From an uncultured beta proteobacterium (GTDB lineage Bacteria > Pseudomonadota > Gammaproteobacteria > Burkholderiales > Thiobacillaceae), in assembly GCA_963746955.1 (NCBI GenBank), contig CAVVDR010000026.1, forward strand, positions 8,852 through 72,851: a DNA stretch of 64,000 nucleotides, written 5' to 3'. The position numbers and the translations under genes are program-made. The notes under the pieces are model-generated. The model made no database searches and was not told the origin of the DNA. It saw nothing but the letters and a program-made list of their open reading frames with translations. The first letter of the stretch is position 1, and each line of letters opens with the position of its first letter. This document shows, in pieces, positions 32,608 through 42,398 of this stretch.

Positions 32608-32637
32608 TTGACAGTGCAGACATCCGGCAACTAAACT
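32608..32637 (+). promoter_or_regulatory. Candidate sigma-70 promoter of the nuo operon (TTGACA-18 nt-TAAACT)
   Basis: A perfect -35 hexamer and a 4/6 -10 element, about 55 nt upstream of the nuoA ATG. Confidence 0.4.
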
Positions 32638-32690
32638 GACACCAAATTACGCCTCCGCGCAGGCGGTGAAGACTAGGAAGCGAGGAGTGC

Positions 32691-33047
32691 ATGCTGGAAA
32701 ATTATTTCCCCGTATTGCTGTTCATTCTCGTTGGGTTGGCATTTGGCGTCGTGCCTATCCTGGCGGGGTGGTTGCTGGCCCCCAACCGGCCGGACAGCGA
32801 AAAGCTCTCCCCCTACGAATGTGGCTTTGAAGCGTTTGAAGACGCGCGCATGAAGTTTGATGTGCGTTATTACCTGATTGCCATTCTGTTCATTCTGTTT
32901 GATCTGGAAATCGCATTCTTGTTTCCTTGGGCGGTTGTGCTGAAGGAGATCGGTTTGTTTGGATTTGTCGCCATGGCGATTTTCCTTGGCATTCTGGTGG
33001 TAGGCTTTATCTACGAATGGATGAAGGGAGCGCTGGAATGGGAGTGA
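32691..33047 (+). CDS. nuoA: NADH-quinone oxidoreductase subunit A
   Basis: 118 aa with three TM helices and motifs YECGF and FDLE. Confidence 0.93.
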   Translation: MLENYFPVLLFILVGLAFGVVPILAGWLLAPNRPDSEKLSPYECGFEAFEDARMKFDVRYYLIAILFILFDLEIAFLFPWAVVLKEIGLFGFVAMAIFLGILVVGFIYEWMKGALEWE

Positions 33048-33171
33048 CCTTTTTGGGCAGCCGAGCAGGGGACCCTGTGCACAGTACGGGGATCGACTTG
33101 GCAAGAAGATGTGCTCGCGACCTCCTTAGTGGAGAGTGTGTTGTGGATGCTTAGGGAACGGGCGGATTGAA

Positions 33172-33648
33172 ATGGGCATAGAAGGCGTTTTCGAGCAGGG
33201 GTTCATGACCACCAAAGCCGACCAGCTGATCAACTACATGCGGACCGGCTCCATGTGGCCCATGACCTTTGGCCTTGCCTGCTGTGCGGTCGAGATGATG
33301 CAGGCCGGTGCCTCGCGTTATGACCTGGATCGCTTCGGTATAGTATTTCGTCCCAGTCCGCGCCAGTCTGATGTGATGATTGTGGCGGGCACGCTCTGTA
33401 ACAAGATGGCTCCCGCACTGCGCAAGGTTTACGATCAGATGGCAGAGCCGCGCTGGGTAATTTCCATGGGCTCTTGCGCCAATGGGGGCGGGTATTACCA
33501 CTATTCGTATTCTGTGGTCCGCGGGTGTGACCGAATTGTTCCGGTGGATATCTACGTCCCGGGCTGCCCGCCCACTGCGGAGGCATTGTTATTTGGCCTG
33601 ATCCAGCTACAGAACAAGATCAAGCGCACCAACACCATAGCCCGTTAG
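33172..33648 (+). CDS. nuoB: NADH-quinone oxidoreductase subunit B
   Basis: 158 aa from ATG 33172. N2-cluster cysteines are present ([22 protein letters not shown]). Confidence 0.95.
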   Translation: MGIEGVFEQGFMTTKADQLINYMRTGSMWPMTFGLACCAVEMMQAGASRYDLDRFGIVFRPSPRQSDVMIVAGTLCNKMAPALRKVYDQMAEPRWVISMGSCANGGGYYHYSYSVVRGCDRIVPVDIYVPGCPPTAEALLFGLIQLQNKIKRTNTIAR

Positions 33649-33656
33649 CCCGACCG

Positions 33657-34256
33657 ATGAGCGAAAGAGTGAAGCAGCTCTCTATTTGTCTGCGTGAGCA
33701 ACTGGGCAGCACGATGGTTTCCGAAGTGATGGCGCTGGGCGAGCTGACCGTCATTTTCAATGCCGACAATATGTTGCAAGCCATGATGGTGTTGCGCGAT
33801 CATCCTGATCTGCGCTTTGCACAGCTTATCGACGTGTGTGGGGTGGATTACCGCGATTATGCCGATGGAACATGGGAAGGCCCACGTTTCGCGGCCGTGT
33901 ATCACCTACTTTCAATAGAGCACAACTGGCGTTTGCGGGTGCGGGTGTTTTGCCCGGATGACGACCAGCCGCAGTTGCCTTCAGTGATCGACATATGGCC
34001 ATCGACCAATTGGTACGAACGCGAGGTATTTGATCTATTCGGCATCGTGTTCGAGGGGCACCCTGACTTACGCCGCATCCTTACCGACTATGGCTTTATC
34101 GGGCATCCCTTCCGCAAGGATTTTCCGCTCTCGGGCCATGTCGAGATGCGCTACGATCCGGAACAGCAGCGGGTCATCTATCAGCCGGTAACAATCGAGC
34201 CGCGAGAAGTCACACCGCGTATCGTTCGCGTAGAGCACTACGGAGACGTGGAGTAG
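33657..34256 (+). CDS. nuoC: NADH-quinone oxidoreductase subunit C
   Basis: 199 aa 30-kDa subunit with motif [13 protein letters not shown]. Confidence 0.95.
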   Translation: MSERVKQLSICLREQLGSTMVSEVMALGELTVIFNADNMLQAMMVLRDHPDLRFAQLIDVCGVDYRDYADGTWEGPRFAAVYHLLSIEHNWRLRVRVFCPDDDQPQLPSVIDIWPSTNWYEREVFDLFGIVFEGHPDLRRILTDYGFIGHPFRKDFPLSGHVEMRYDPEQQRVIYQPVTIEPREVTPRIVRVEHYGDVE

Positions 34257-34258
34257 GC

Positions 34259-34379
34259 ATGGCAAAGATTGGAAATTGTGCGATGAATCTTGCCTCTGAG
34301 CACCTTTCTCGCCCAGCACTCGCCTGCGCAGAAATCCATCGTGCATCTGCGTGCCGTGTGACGAAGAAGGTCGAGCGCC
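34259..34379 (+). repeat. Decayed tandem copy of the first ~110 nt of nuoD; contains a 44-codon ORF (34259..34393) that ends inside the nuoD start region
   Basis: The first 46 nt align ungapped with nuoD 34380-34425 at 34/46 identities by hand count. Both copies end in ...TCGAGCGC(G)CC. The peptide MAKIGNCAMNLASEH compares with Nuo[16 protein letters not shown]. Confidence 0.75.
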
Positions 34380-35633
34380 ATGGCAGAAATTAGAAATTAC
34401 ACGATGAATTTTGGTCCGCAGCACCCTGCTGCCCACGGCGTGCTGCGCCTGGTGCTGGAACTCGACGGTGAAGTCATCGAGCGCGCCGACCCGCACATAG
34501 GTCTGTTACATCGGGGCACTGAGAAGCTGGCGGAACACAAGACCTACCTGCAGTCGGTCCCTTATATGGATCGTCTGGACTATTTGTCGATGACCATGAA
34601 CGAGCATGCCTACGTCATGGCCATTGAAAAAATGCTGGGCATCGAAGTGCCGATCCGTGCCCAGTATATCCGGGTGATGTTCGATGAGATTACCCGCATC
34701 CTGAATCACCTGCTATGGCTGGCCACGCACGGTCTGGACATCGGCGCCATGACCATCTTCATCTACGCATTCCGCGAACGCGAGGATCTGCTGGATATAT
34801 ACGAGGCGGTGTCCGGCGCGCGCATGCATGCGGCCTACCTGAGACCGGGCGGAGTTTACCGTGATTTGCCGGACGAAATGCCCAAATACCGTGCCTCCGC
34901 AATTCATGGCGAAAAGACGGTGGCCGAGCTGAACAAGAATCGCCAGGGCTCGATGCTGGATTTCATCGAGGACTTCACCCGACGTTTTCCCGCATGTGTC
35001 GACGAATATGAGACCCTCCTGACCGACAACCGGATCTGGAAGCAGCGCACCGTAGGCATTGGCGTGGTATCCCCCGAACGCGCCCTGGCGTTAGGATTTA
35101 CCGGCCCCATGCTGCGCGGATCCGGGGTCGAGTGGGACTTGCGCAAGAAGCAGCCCTACGAAGTCTACGACCTGATGGATTTCGACATCCCGGTAGGCGT
35201 GCACGGTGACTGCTATGATCGATATCTGGTCCGTATTGAGGAAATGCGGCAGTCCAACCGCATCATCAAGCAGTGCGTCGACTGGCTGAGAAAAAATCCC
35301 GGCCCGGTGATTATCGACAATCACAAGGTCGCGCCGCCCAGCAGGCTTTCCATGAAAACCAACATGGAAGAGCTGATTCATCATTTCAAGCTGTTTACCG
35401 AGGGCATGCACGTCCCGGAAGGCGAGGCCTACGCAGCAATCGAACACGCCAAGGGCGAATTCGGCGTGCATCTCGTTTCCGACGGCGCCAACAAGCCTTA
35501 TCGGCTACATTTGCGCGCGCCGAGCTTCGTGCACCTGTCGGCCATGGACGAGATGGTGCGCGGCCACATGCTTGCAGACGCGGTGGCAATAATCGGCACC
35601 ATCGATGTTGTCTTCGGGGACGTGGACCGATGA
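34380..35633 (+). CDS. nuoD: NADH-quinone oxidoreductase subunit D
   Basis: 417 aa 49-kDa subunit ([15 protein letters not shown]...VFGDVDR). Confidence 0.96.
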   Translation: MAEIRNYTMNFGPQHPAAHGVLRLVLELDGEVIERADPHIGLLHRGTEKLAEHKTYLQSVPYMDRLDYLSMTMNEHAYVMAIEKMLGIEVPIRAQYIRVMFDEITRILNHLLWLATHGLDIGAMTIFIYAFREREDLLDIYEAVSGARMHAAYLRPGGVYRDLPDEMPKYRASAIHGEKTVAELNKNRQGSMLDFIEDFTRRFPACVDEYETLLTDNRIWKQRTVGIGVVSPERALALGFTGPMLRGSGVEWDLRKKQPYEVYDLMDFDIPVGVHGDCYDRYLVRIEEMRQSNRIIKQCVDWLRKNPGPVIIDNHKVAPPSRLSMKTNMEELIHHFKLFTEGMHVPEGEAYAAIEHAKGEFGVHLVSDGANKPYRLHLRAPSFVHLSAMDEMVRGHMLADAVAIIGTIDVVFGDVDR

Positions 35634-36106
35634 CGCTTTCCGCCAAATCTCTTGCACAGATTGACCAGGAAATCTCCAAGTACCCGCCCGGGCAAAAGCA
35701 ATCGGCGATCATCTCGGCTTTGCGAATCGCCCAGACGGAAAAAGGCTGGCTCGCAAATGAGACCATCGAGTTTGTTGCGCAGTATCTGGGCATGCCGACC
35801 ATCGCGGCCTACGAGGTCGCCACCTTTTACAACATGTACAACTTGGCGCCAGCGGGAAGGCACAAGATCACCCTGTGCACCAATCTCCCCTGTACCCTGA
35901 TGGGGGCGCTGGAAATAGGCAGGCATCTGGAGAATCGCCTGGGGGTGGGGCTGGGGCAGACAACTGAAGACGGCCGCTATACCCTGAAAGAGGGTGAATG
36001 CATGGGGGCGTGTGGTGATGCACCTCTGTGCCTGGTCGACAACCATCGCATGGAAAGCTTTCTGACCGCGGAAAAAGTGGACAAATTGCTGGACGAGTTG
36101 AAGTAG
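35630..36106 (+). CDS. nuoE: NADH-quinone oxidoreductase subunit E
   Basis: 158 aa with an ATGA overlap with nuoD. 2Fe-2S cysteines are present (CTNLPC ... CMGACGDAP). Confidence 0.95.
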   Translation: MTLSAKSLAQIDQEISKYPPGQKQSAIISALRIAQTEKGWLANETIEFVAQYLGMPTIAAYEVATFYNMYNLAPAGRHKITLCTNLPCTLMGALEIGRHLENRLGVGLGQTTEDGRYTLKEGECMGACGDAPLCLVDNHRMESFLTAEKVDKLLDELK

Positions 36107-36110
36107 GACC

Positions 36111-37391
36111 ATGATTATTCAAGGCGGCCCTGTCATCTTCAACACGCTCCATTTGCCGGAACCATGGAAGCTTTCAAGCTATGAAAGTGCGGGAGGCTAT
36201 GCGGCGCTGAAGAAGATTCTTGCGGAACGGACCCCAGCCGAGCAGATCATCGCCGAAGTCAAGACCTCCGCCCTGCGCGGACGCGGCGGAGCGGGTTTCC
36301 CGACCGGACTGAAGTGGAGTTTCATGCCGCGCCAGTTTCCGGGCGACAAATACATCGTCTGCAATTCCGATGAAGGCGAACCCGGCACCTTCAAGGACCG
36401 GGACATCATGGCGCTTAACCCGCATGCCCTGATCGAAGGGATGATCATTGCTGGCTACGCGCTGGGGGCGTCGGTCGGATACAACTACATCCACGGAGAA
36501 ATCTTCGAGATTTACGAGAAGATGGAGCGGGCGGTTGAGGAAGCGCGCGTCGCAGGCTATCTGGGCGAGAACATCCTGGGTTCCGGGCTCAACTTCAATC
36601 TCCATAATCATCATGGCTACGGGGCGTACATTTGCGGCGAGGAGACAGCGCTGCTGGAGTCGCTCGAAGGCAAGAAAGGCCAGCCCCGCTTCAAGCCCCC
36701 TTTCCCTGCCAGCTTCGGCCTGTATGGCAAGCCCACCACGATCAACAATACGGAGACCCTGGCCAGCATCCCCTACATCATGCGCGAGGGAGGGCAGCAG
36801 TTCCTCGAGTTGGGCAAGCCGAACAATGGCGGTACCAAGCTTTTCTCTGTTTCCGGGCATGTGAACAAGCCGGGCAACTTTGAAGTGGCGATGGGCACCC
36901 CGTTCGCAGTTCTGCTGGACATGGCGGGCGGAGTGCGCGCGGGCCGCCAGCTAAAGGCGGTAATTCCCGGCGGTTCGTCGGCGCCCGTCCTGCCGGCGGA
37001 GATCATGATGGGCTGCACCATGGATTTTGATTCGATCGCCAGGGCGGGTTCCATGCTGGGCTCCGGCGCGGTCATCGTAATGGACGATTCAGTCTGCATG
37101 GTGCGTGCCCTGGAGCGCCTGGCCTATTTCTACCAGCATGAATCGTGCGGCCAGTGCACGCCCTGCCGGGAAGGTACCGGCTGGCTATATCGGGTGGTCC
37201 ATCGCATTGAACATGGCCAGGGCCGGCCTGAGGATCTCGATTTGCTGGATAATGTCGCAGCCAATATTGCCGGACGCACCATATGCGCCCTCGGCGACGC
37301 GGCGGCGATGCCGGTGCAGGGCATGTTAAAGCACTACCGTGACGAGTTCGAGTACCACATCGAACACAAGCAGTGCAAGGTGCAGGGATAG
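36111..37391 (+). CDS. nuoF: NADH-quinone oxidoreductase subunit F
   Basis: 426 aa with NADH/FMN motif [10 protein letters not shown] and 4Fe-4S motif [12 protein letters not shown]. Confidence 0.96.
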   Translation: MIIQGGPVIFNTLHLPEPWKLSSYESAGGYAALKKILAERTPAEQIIAEVKTSALRGRGGAGFPTGLKWSFMPRQFPGDKYIVCNSDEGEPGTFKDRDIMALNPHALIEGMIIAGYALGASVGYNYIHGEIFEIYEKMERAVEEARVAGYLGENILGSGLNFNLHNHHGYGAYICGEETALLESLEGKKGQPRFKPPFPASFGLYGKPTTINNTETLASIPYIMREGGQQFLELGKPNNGGTKLFSVSGHVNKPGNFEVAMGTPFAVLLDMAGGVRAGRQLKAVIPGGSSAPVLPAEIMMGCTMDFDSIARAGSMLGSGAVIVMDDSVCMVRALERLAYFYQHESCGQCTPCREGTGWLYRVVHRIEHGQGRPEDLDLLDNVAANIAGRTICALGDAAAMPVQGMLKHYRDEFEYHIEHKQCKVQG

Positions 37392-37394
37392 GCG

Positions 37395-39761
37395 ATGGCA
37401 AGTATCGAAATCGACGGCAGTGCAGTTGAAGTCGAATCCGGCTTCACCATCATGGATGCGGCCAACAAGGCAGGCATCTATATTCCGCATTTTTGCTACC
37501 ACAAGAAATTGTCGATCGCGGCCAACTGCCGCATGTGCCTGGTTCAGGTCGACAAGGCGCCCAAGCCGCTGCCGGCCTGCTCTACGCCCGTTACGGATGG
37601 GATGAAGGTGATGACGCGGTCCGAGTACGCAATCGAGGCGCAAAAGGGGGTGATGGAATTCCTTCTCATCAACCATCCCCTGGATTGCCCAATTTGCGAT
37701 CAGGGCGGCGAGTGCGCGTTGCAGGACTTGGCGGTGGGGTACGGGGCGAGTAATTCCCGCTATCAGGAAGTGAAGCGCGTGGTGACGGAAAAGGACCTTG
37801 GGCCCTTGGTAGCCACCGACATGACACGCTGCATCAACTGCACCCGCTGTGTGCGCTTCGGCCAGGAAATCGCCGGCATCATGGAAATGGGCCAGGCGTT
37901 TCGTGGCGAGCACGCTGAAATCATGCCCTTCATCAATCAGACCATCGATTCCGAATTGTCCGGCAACATCATCGACCTGTGCCCGGTAGGCGCGCTCACC
38001 TCCAAACCCTTCCGCTATTCGGCGCGCGCCTGGGAACTGTCACGGCGCAGGTCGGTCAGCCCGCATGACGGACTGGGATCCAATTTGCAGATCCAGACCA
38101 TGGGCGACCGGGTGATGCGGGTCCTGCCTGTCGAGAATGAAAGCTTGAACGAATGCTGGCTTTCTGACCGCGACCGCTTTTCCTATGAGGGTCTCAACGT
38201 CGAGGAGCGTCTGACCCGGCCCCTGATCAGGAAGAATGGGGAGTGGGTGGAGGTAGAGTGGCCTGTAGCGCTTGAACACGTGGCCCATGTCCTTAGGTCT
38301 GTGGCGGACCGGCATGGTCCCGAACAGATTGGCGCGCTCGCCACCCCGTATCAAACGGTGGAGGAGCTCTACCTTCTGCAAAAGCTGATGCGCGGCTTGG
38401 GCAGCGGCAATGTGGATCACCGTCTTCGGCAGTCGGATTTTTCTCTGGATGAGAAAGCGCAAGGCATATTCTGGCTGGGTATGAACGTTGAGGAACTATC
38501 TGAGCTCAAACAGATACTGGTGATCGGTTCCAACCTGCGCAAGGAGCACCCCCTCATCGCCCATCGCCTCCGTCAGACGGTGAAGAAACACCGGGCAGAC
38601 TTGAACCTCATCAATCCGGTGCATGAGGAGCTGTACTGCAAAGTCGCGAACGAGGCGATTGTAGCGCCGGAGCGGATGGCGCAAATGCTGGCCCAAGTGC
38701 TCAAGGCGCTGGCGGAACTCAGGGGCGCTGCTGCCCCCGTCAAGCTTAAAGCAATCGCGGTTTCCGCAACCGCCCGTGCCATCGCGCAAAGCCTGAGCGC
38801 GAACGGCTCCAGCGCCGTATTGCTCGGCAGCCTGGCTCAACATCATCCGGCCTATGGCCAGATTCATTACCTGGCCGAGACTTTGGCGGAATTCATCGGC
38901 GCTTCCTTTGGTGTGTTGTCGGAGGCCGGCAACAGCGTGGGGGCGCAAGCGGCCGGGGCCATTCCGGTTCGGGGTCCGCTGGGCAAAGAGGTTGGGCTGA
39001 CGGGGCTGAATGCCCGCGCCATGCTGGAGCAGCCGCGCAAAGCCTATTTGTTGATGGGGGCCGAGCCCGAGTTGGATTGCAATGATGGAGCCCTTTCCAT
39101 GCGGGCCATGGCCGCGGCCGAATTCGTCGTGGCGCTGTCCGCCTACCGGCACAAGGCCCTCGATTATGCCGACGTGATGCTTCCAATTGCACCGTTTACC
39201 GAGACCGCAGGGACCTTCATCAACATGGAAGGACGGGTGCAGCGTTTCCACGCTGTGGTCAAGCCGCACGGCGAAGCCCGCCCGGCCTGGAAGGTGTTGC
39301 GGGTATTGGGAAACTTGCTGGGCCTAGAAGGCTTTGATCAGGATACTGCAGAGTCCGTGGCTCGCGAGGTTCTCGAAGATGATCCCCAAGCGGCAGTCAA
39401 TGCCGTGCTAAACAATACGGTTTCCGCCGTTGCGCTAGGTCTGACTGCAGCAAGCACCAAATTGCAGCGCATCGGCGAGGTGCCACTTTATCAGTCCGAC
39501 GCCATCGTGCGGCGCGCAGGCTCGCTGCAGCGCACCCGCGAATCCGCGTTGCCGGCTGCCTGTATGGCGGGCGAATTGATGATCCGCCTGGGGTTGGAAC
39601 CCGGCGCGATGGCGGCCGTCCGCCAGGGCCACGAAGTGATCAATCTGAAGGTGGAGCAGGATGACCATTTGCCTGACAACTGTGTGCGTGTTGCGGCGGG
39701 ACATCCGCTGACCGCAGGGCTGGGCCCGATGTTCGGTGACATCACCGTGGAGCGTGCCTGA
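37395..39761 (+). CDS. nuoG: NADH-quinone oxidoreductase subunit G
   Basis: 788 aa. N-terminal 2Fe-2S/4Fe-4S cysteine clusters ([24 protein letters not shown]) and a molybdopterin-oxidoreductase-like C-terminal part. Confidence 0.96.
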   Translation: MASIEIDGSAVEVESGFTIMDAANKAGIYIPHFCYHKKLSIAANCRMCLVQVDKAPKPLPACSTPVTDGMKVMTRSEYAIEAQKGVMEFLLINHPLDCPICDQGGECALQDLAVGYGASNSRYQEVKRVVTEKDLGPLVATDMTRCINCTRCVRFGQEIAGIMEMGQAFRGEHAEIMPFINQTIDSELSGNIIDLCPVGALTSKPFRYSARAWELSRRRSVSPHDGLGSNLQIQTMGDRVMRVLPVENESLNECWLSDRDRFSYEGLNVEERLTRPLIRKNGEWVEVEWPVALEHVAHVLRSVADRHGPEQIGALATPYQTVEELYLLQKLMRGLGSGNVDHRLRQSDFSLDEKAQGIFWLGMNVEELSELKQILVIGSNLRKEHPLIAHRLRQTVKKHRADLNLINPVHEELYCKVANEAIVAPERMAQMLAQVLKALAELRGAAAPVKLKAIAVSATARAIAQSLSANGSSAVLLGSLAQHHPAYGQIHYLAETLAEFIGASFGVLSEAGNSVGAQAAGAIPVRGPLGKEVGLTGLNARAMLEQPRKAYLLMGAEPELDCNDGALSMRAMAAAEFVVALSAYRHKALDYADVMLPIAPFTETAGTFINMEGRVQRFHAVVKPHGEARPAWKVLRVLGNLLGLEGFDQDTAESVAREVLEDDPQAAVNAVLNNTVSAVALGLTAASTKLQRIGEVPLYQSDAIVRRAGSLQRTRESALPAACMAGELMIRLGLEPGAMAAVRQGHEVINLKVEQDDHLPDNCVRVAAGHPLTAGLGPMFGDITVERA

Positions 39762-39762
39762 G

Positions 39763-40764
39763 ATGGGATGGAGCATGCTGCTGACCACCCTCTGGACGCT
39801 GATCAAGATTCTAATGATCGTCGTGCCTCTGATGGTTTGTGTGGCGTACCTGACCTACGCAGAGAGGAAGGTCATTGGCTTCATGCAGGTGCGCATCGGC
39901 CCCAACCGGGTGGGCTACCAGGGGCTGTTGCAGCCCATCGCTGATGCGCTGAAACTGTTGTTCAAGGAAATCATCATCCCGACCGGCGCCAACAAGTCGC
40001 TGTTTCTGCTCGGACCCATCCTGGCAATTGCGCCTGCACTGGCGGCCTGGGCGGTCATCCCCTTTACCGATACCCTGGTGCTGGCCAATATCAACGCCGG
40101 CCTGCTCTACATAATGGCCGTCACTTCCATGGGGGTGTACGGGGTGATCGTCTCCGGCTGGGCTTCCAACTCCAAGTACGCCTTTCTCGGTGCGATGCGC
40201 TCCGCCGCCCAGATGGTGTCCTACGAGATCGCAATGGGCTTCGCCCTGGTCGGCGTGCTAATGGCTGCGCAGAGCCTGAATTTGACCGATATCGTGCGCG
40301 GACAGGCGGGCGGCATTCAACAATGGTATGTCTGGCCGCTGCTGCCGCTGTTCATCGTTTATTTCATCGCCGGTGTGGCGGAGACCAACCGGGCGCCGTT
40401 CGACGTCGTTGAAGGGGAGGCCGAGATCGTGGCCGGACACATGATCGAATACTCGGGCATGGCGTTTGCGATGTTCTTCCTGTCCGAATACGCCAACATG
40501 ATCCTGATTTCCACCTTGGCCTCGGTCATGTTCCTGGGCGGCTGGCTGTCACCGCTGACCTTCTTGCCGGACGGATTAATCTGGCTGCTGCTGAAGATCG
40601 CAAGCATGCTTTTCCTGTTCCTGTGGTTCCGCGCCACCTTCCCGCGCTATCGGTACGACCAGATCATGCGTCTGGGCTGGAAGGTGTTCATCCCTGTTAC
40701 CCTGGTCTGGATCTTTGTGGAGGGTGCCGCCATGCAGACTCGCTGGGGCTACCTGTTCCACTGA
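39763..40764 (+). CDS. nuoH: NADH-quinone oxidoreductase subunit H
   Basis: 333 aa from ATG 39763. ND1-type membrane subunit ([27 protein letters not shown]). Confidence 0.95.
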   Translation: MGWSMLLTTLWTLIKILMIVVPLMVCVAYLTYAERKVIGFMQVRIGPNRVGYQGLLQPIADALKLLFKEIIIPTGANKSLFLLGPILAIAPALAAWAVIPFTDTLVLANINAGLLYIMAVTSMGVYGVIVSGWASNSKYAFLGAMRSAAQMVSYEIAMGFALVGVLMAAQSLNLTDIVRGQAGGIQQWYVWPLLPLFIVYFIAGVAETNRAPFDVVEGEAEIVAGHMIEYSGMAFAMFFLSEYANMILISTLASVMFLGGWLSPLTFLPDGLIWLLLKIASMLFLFLWFRATFPRYRYDQIMRLGWKVFIPVTLVWIFVEGAAMQTRWGYLFH

Positions 40765-40774
40765 TGGGGATGCA

Positions 40775-41305
40775 ATGAGCCAGCAGACTGAAACCAGGGC
40801 GCCAAGCCGGAGCCCCGTCGAATGGGTCAAGGACATCGCCAAGAGCTTCATGCTGCTCGAACTGCTCAAAGGCATGACGATCACCGGTCGGCATCTGTTC
40901 TCGCGCAAGATCACCGTTCAGTTTCCGGAAGAAAAGACACCCCAGTCGCCGCGCTTTCGCGGGCTGCATGCACTGCGCCGTTACCCCAATGGCGAAGAAC
41001 GCTGTATTGCCTGCAAACTTTGTGAAGCCGTTTGCCCGGCCCTGGCCATCACCATCGAATCCGAACAGCGGGAGGACGGCACCCGGCGCACCACCCGCTA
41101 TGATATCGATCTGACCAAATGCATTTTCTGCGGATTCTGCGAGGAATCCTGCCCGGTGGATTCCATAGTGGAAACCCGCATTCTGGAATACCACGGGGAA
41201 AAACGGGGAGACCTCTATTACACCAAGCCCATGCTGCTGGCAATCGGTGACAAGTATGAGGAACAGATCGCCCGGGACCGGGCAGCAGATGCGAAATACC
41301 GGTAA
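40775..41305 (+). CDS. nuoI: NADH-quinone oxidoreductase subunit I
   Basis: 176 aa from ATG 40775, with two CxxCxxCxxxCP ferredoxin motifs. Confidence 0.95.
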   Translation: MSQQTETRAPSRSPVEWVKDIAKSFMLLELLKGMTITGRHLFSRKITVQFPEEKTPQSPRFRGLHALRRYPNGEERCIACKLCEAVCPALAITIESEQREDGTRRTTRYDIDLTKCIFCGFCEESCPVDSIVETRILEYHGEKRGDLYYTKPMLLAIGDKYEEQIARDRAADAKYR

Positions 41306-41315
41306 GGAAGAAGAA

Positions 41316-41439
41316 CGTGAGGGGTGAGGGGTGAGGGGTCAATTCATTCAGGGCCGTGGTGCAATTGCGCCGCCCGCTTCACTTCCCGGGCCTTGCCGAT
41401 TGTGCATTCTGCTTTGCCCAGTACGCCTCACTCCTCACG
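41316..41439. repeat. Inverted-repeat-bounded ~124-nt element filling the nuoI-nuoJ spacer (MITE/REP-like, or a long mRNA stem)
   Basis: CGTGAGGGGTGAGG (41316-41329) is the reverse complement of CCTCACTCCTCACG (41426-41439), with one mismatch in 14. Confidence 0.45.
41317..41340 (+). repeat. Perfect 3 x 8-nt tandem repeat GTGAGGGG
   Basis: Read directly: GTGAGGGGTGAGGGGTGAGGGG. Confidence 0.9.
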
Positions 41440-41446
41440 AAAAACA

Positions 41447-42094
41447 ATGAATTTCCAAGCCTTCTCCTTTTACTTCTTTTCCGCCATCCTGCTATTTGCC
41501 GGGCTGCGTGTGATTACCGCCCGCAATCCGGTCCACGCGGCGCTCAACCTGGTGCTGGCGTTCTTTACCGCCGCCGGGTTGTGGATCCTGCTGGAAGCGG
41601 AATTCCTTGCGGTCACCCTGGTGCTGGTTTATGTCGGTGCGGTAATGGTGCTGTTCTTGTTCGTGGTGATGATGCTGGACATTAACCTGGACAAACTCAG
41701 AGAGGGCTTCTGGGATTACCTGCCGCTGGCGGTGCCGGTAGTGGTGTTGCTGATGCTGGAAATGGCCGTGGTGCTTGGAGGGAAATATTTTGCCCTGTCG
41801 GCGATGCCCAGTCCTGCGGCAAGGCCGGAGGGCTACAGCAACACCAAGGAACTGGGCCGGCTGCTGTACACGGATTACGTCTATCCGTTTGAGATTGCCT
41901 CCATCATCCTGCTGGTGGCGATTGTGGCCGCCATCGCTCTCACCATGCGCAAGCGCAAGGACACCAAATACACCAGTCCCGCCAGACAGGTGCGGGTGAA
42001 GCGCAGTGAGCGGGTGCGCCTTGTGAGCATGCGCTCCGAAAAGCGGGTGCCGGCCACCCCGGCTGCAGAGAACTGGGAGGACGGCAGACCATGA
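41447..42094 (+). CDS. nuoJ: NADH-quinone oxidoreductase subunit J
   Basis: 215 aa from ATG 41447 ([17 protein letters not shown]...). The track start at 41324 lies inside the repeat element and is rejected. Confidence 0.93.
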   Translation: MNFQAFSFYFFSAILLFAGLRVITARNPVHAALNLVLAFFTAAGLWILLEAEFLAVTLVLVYVGAVMVLFLFVVMMLDINLDKLREGFWDYLPLAVPVVVLLMLEMAVVLGGKYFALSAMPSPAARPEGYSNTKELGRLLYTDYVYPFEIASIILLVAIVAAIALTMRKRKDTKYTSPARQVRVKRSERVRLVSMRSEKRVPATPAAENWEDGRP

Positions 42095-42396
42095 TTGCAC
42101 TGTCCGATTATCTGGTGCTGGGTGGAATCCTGTTTGCGTTGAGCGTGCTGGGAATATTTCTCAACCGCAAGAACGTGATCATTCTGCTGATGGCCATTGA
42201 ACTGATGCTGCTTGCGGTCAACCTCAACTTCATTGCTTTTTCCCATTACCTGGGCGACATAGCGGGACAGATATTCGTGTTCTTCATTCTCACCGTGGCG
42301 GCAGCGGAATCCGCGATCGGCCTGGCCATACTGGTGGTGTTGTTCCGCAATATGAATACGATAAACGTGGATGACCTGGATCAACTAAAGGGCTGA
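42091..42396 (+). CDS. nuoK: NADH-quinone oxidoreductase subunit K
   Basis: 101 aa with three TM helices. ATGA overlap with nuoJ. Confidence 0.95.
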   Translation: MIALSDYLVLGGILFALSVLGIFLNRKNVIILLMAIELMLLAVNLNFIAFSHYLGDIAGQIFVFFILTVAAAESAIGLAILVVLFRNMNTINVDDLDQLKG

Positions 42397-42398
42397 GC

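Noticed and set aside
32528-32690. The AT-rich stretch immediately 3' of tRNA-Leu, examined as a possible integration scar or att site.
   Set aside because: There is no integrase, no direct repeat of the tRNA 3' end and no foreign genes. The region is better explained as the nuo promoter/leader.
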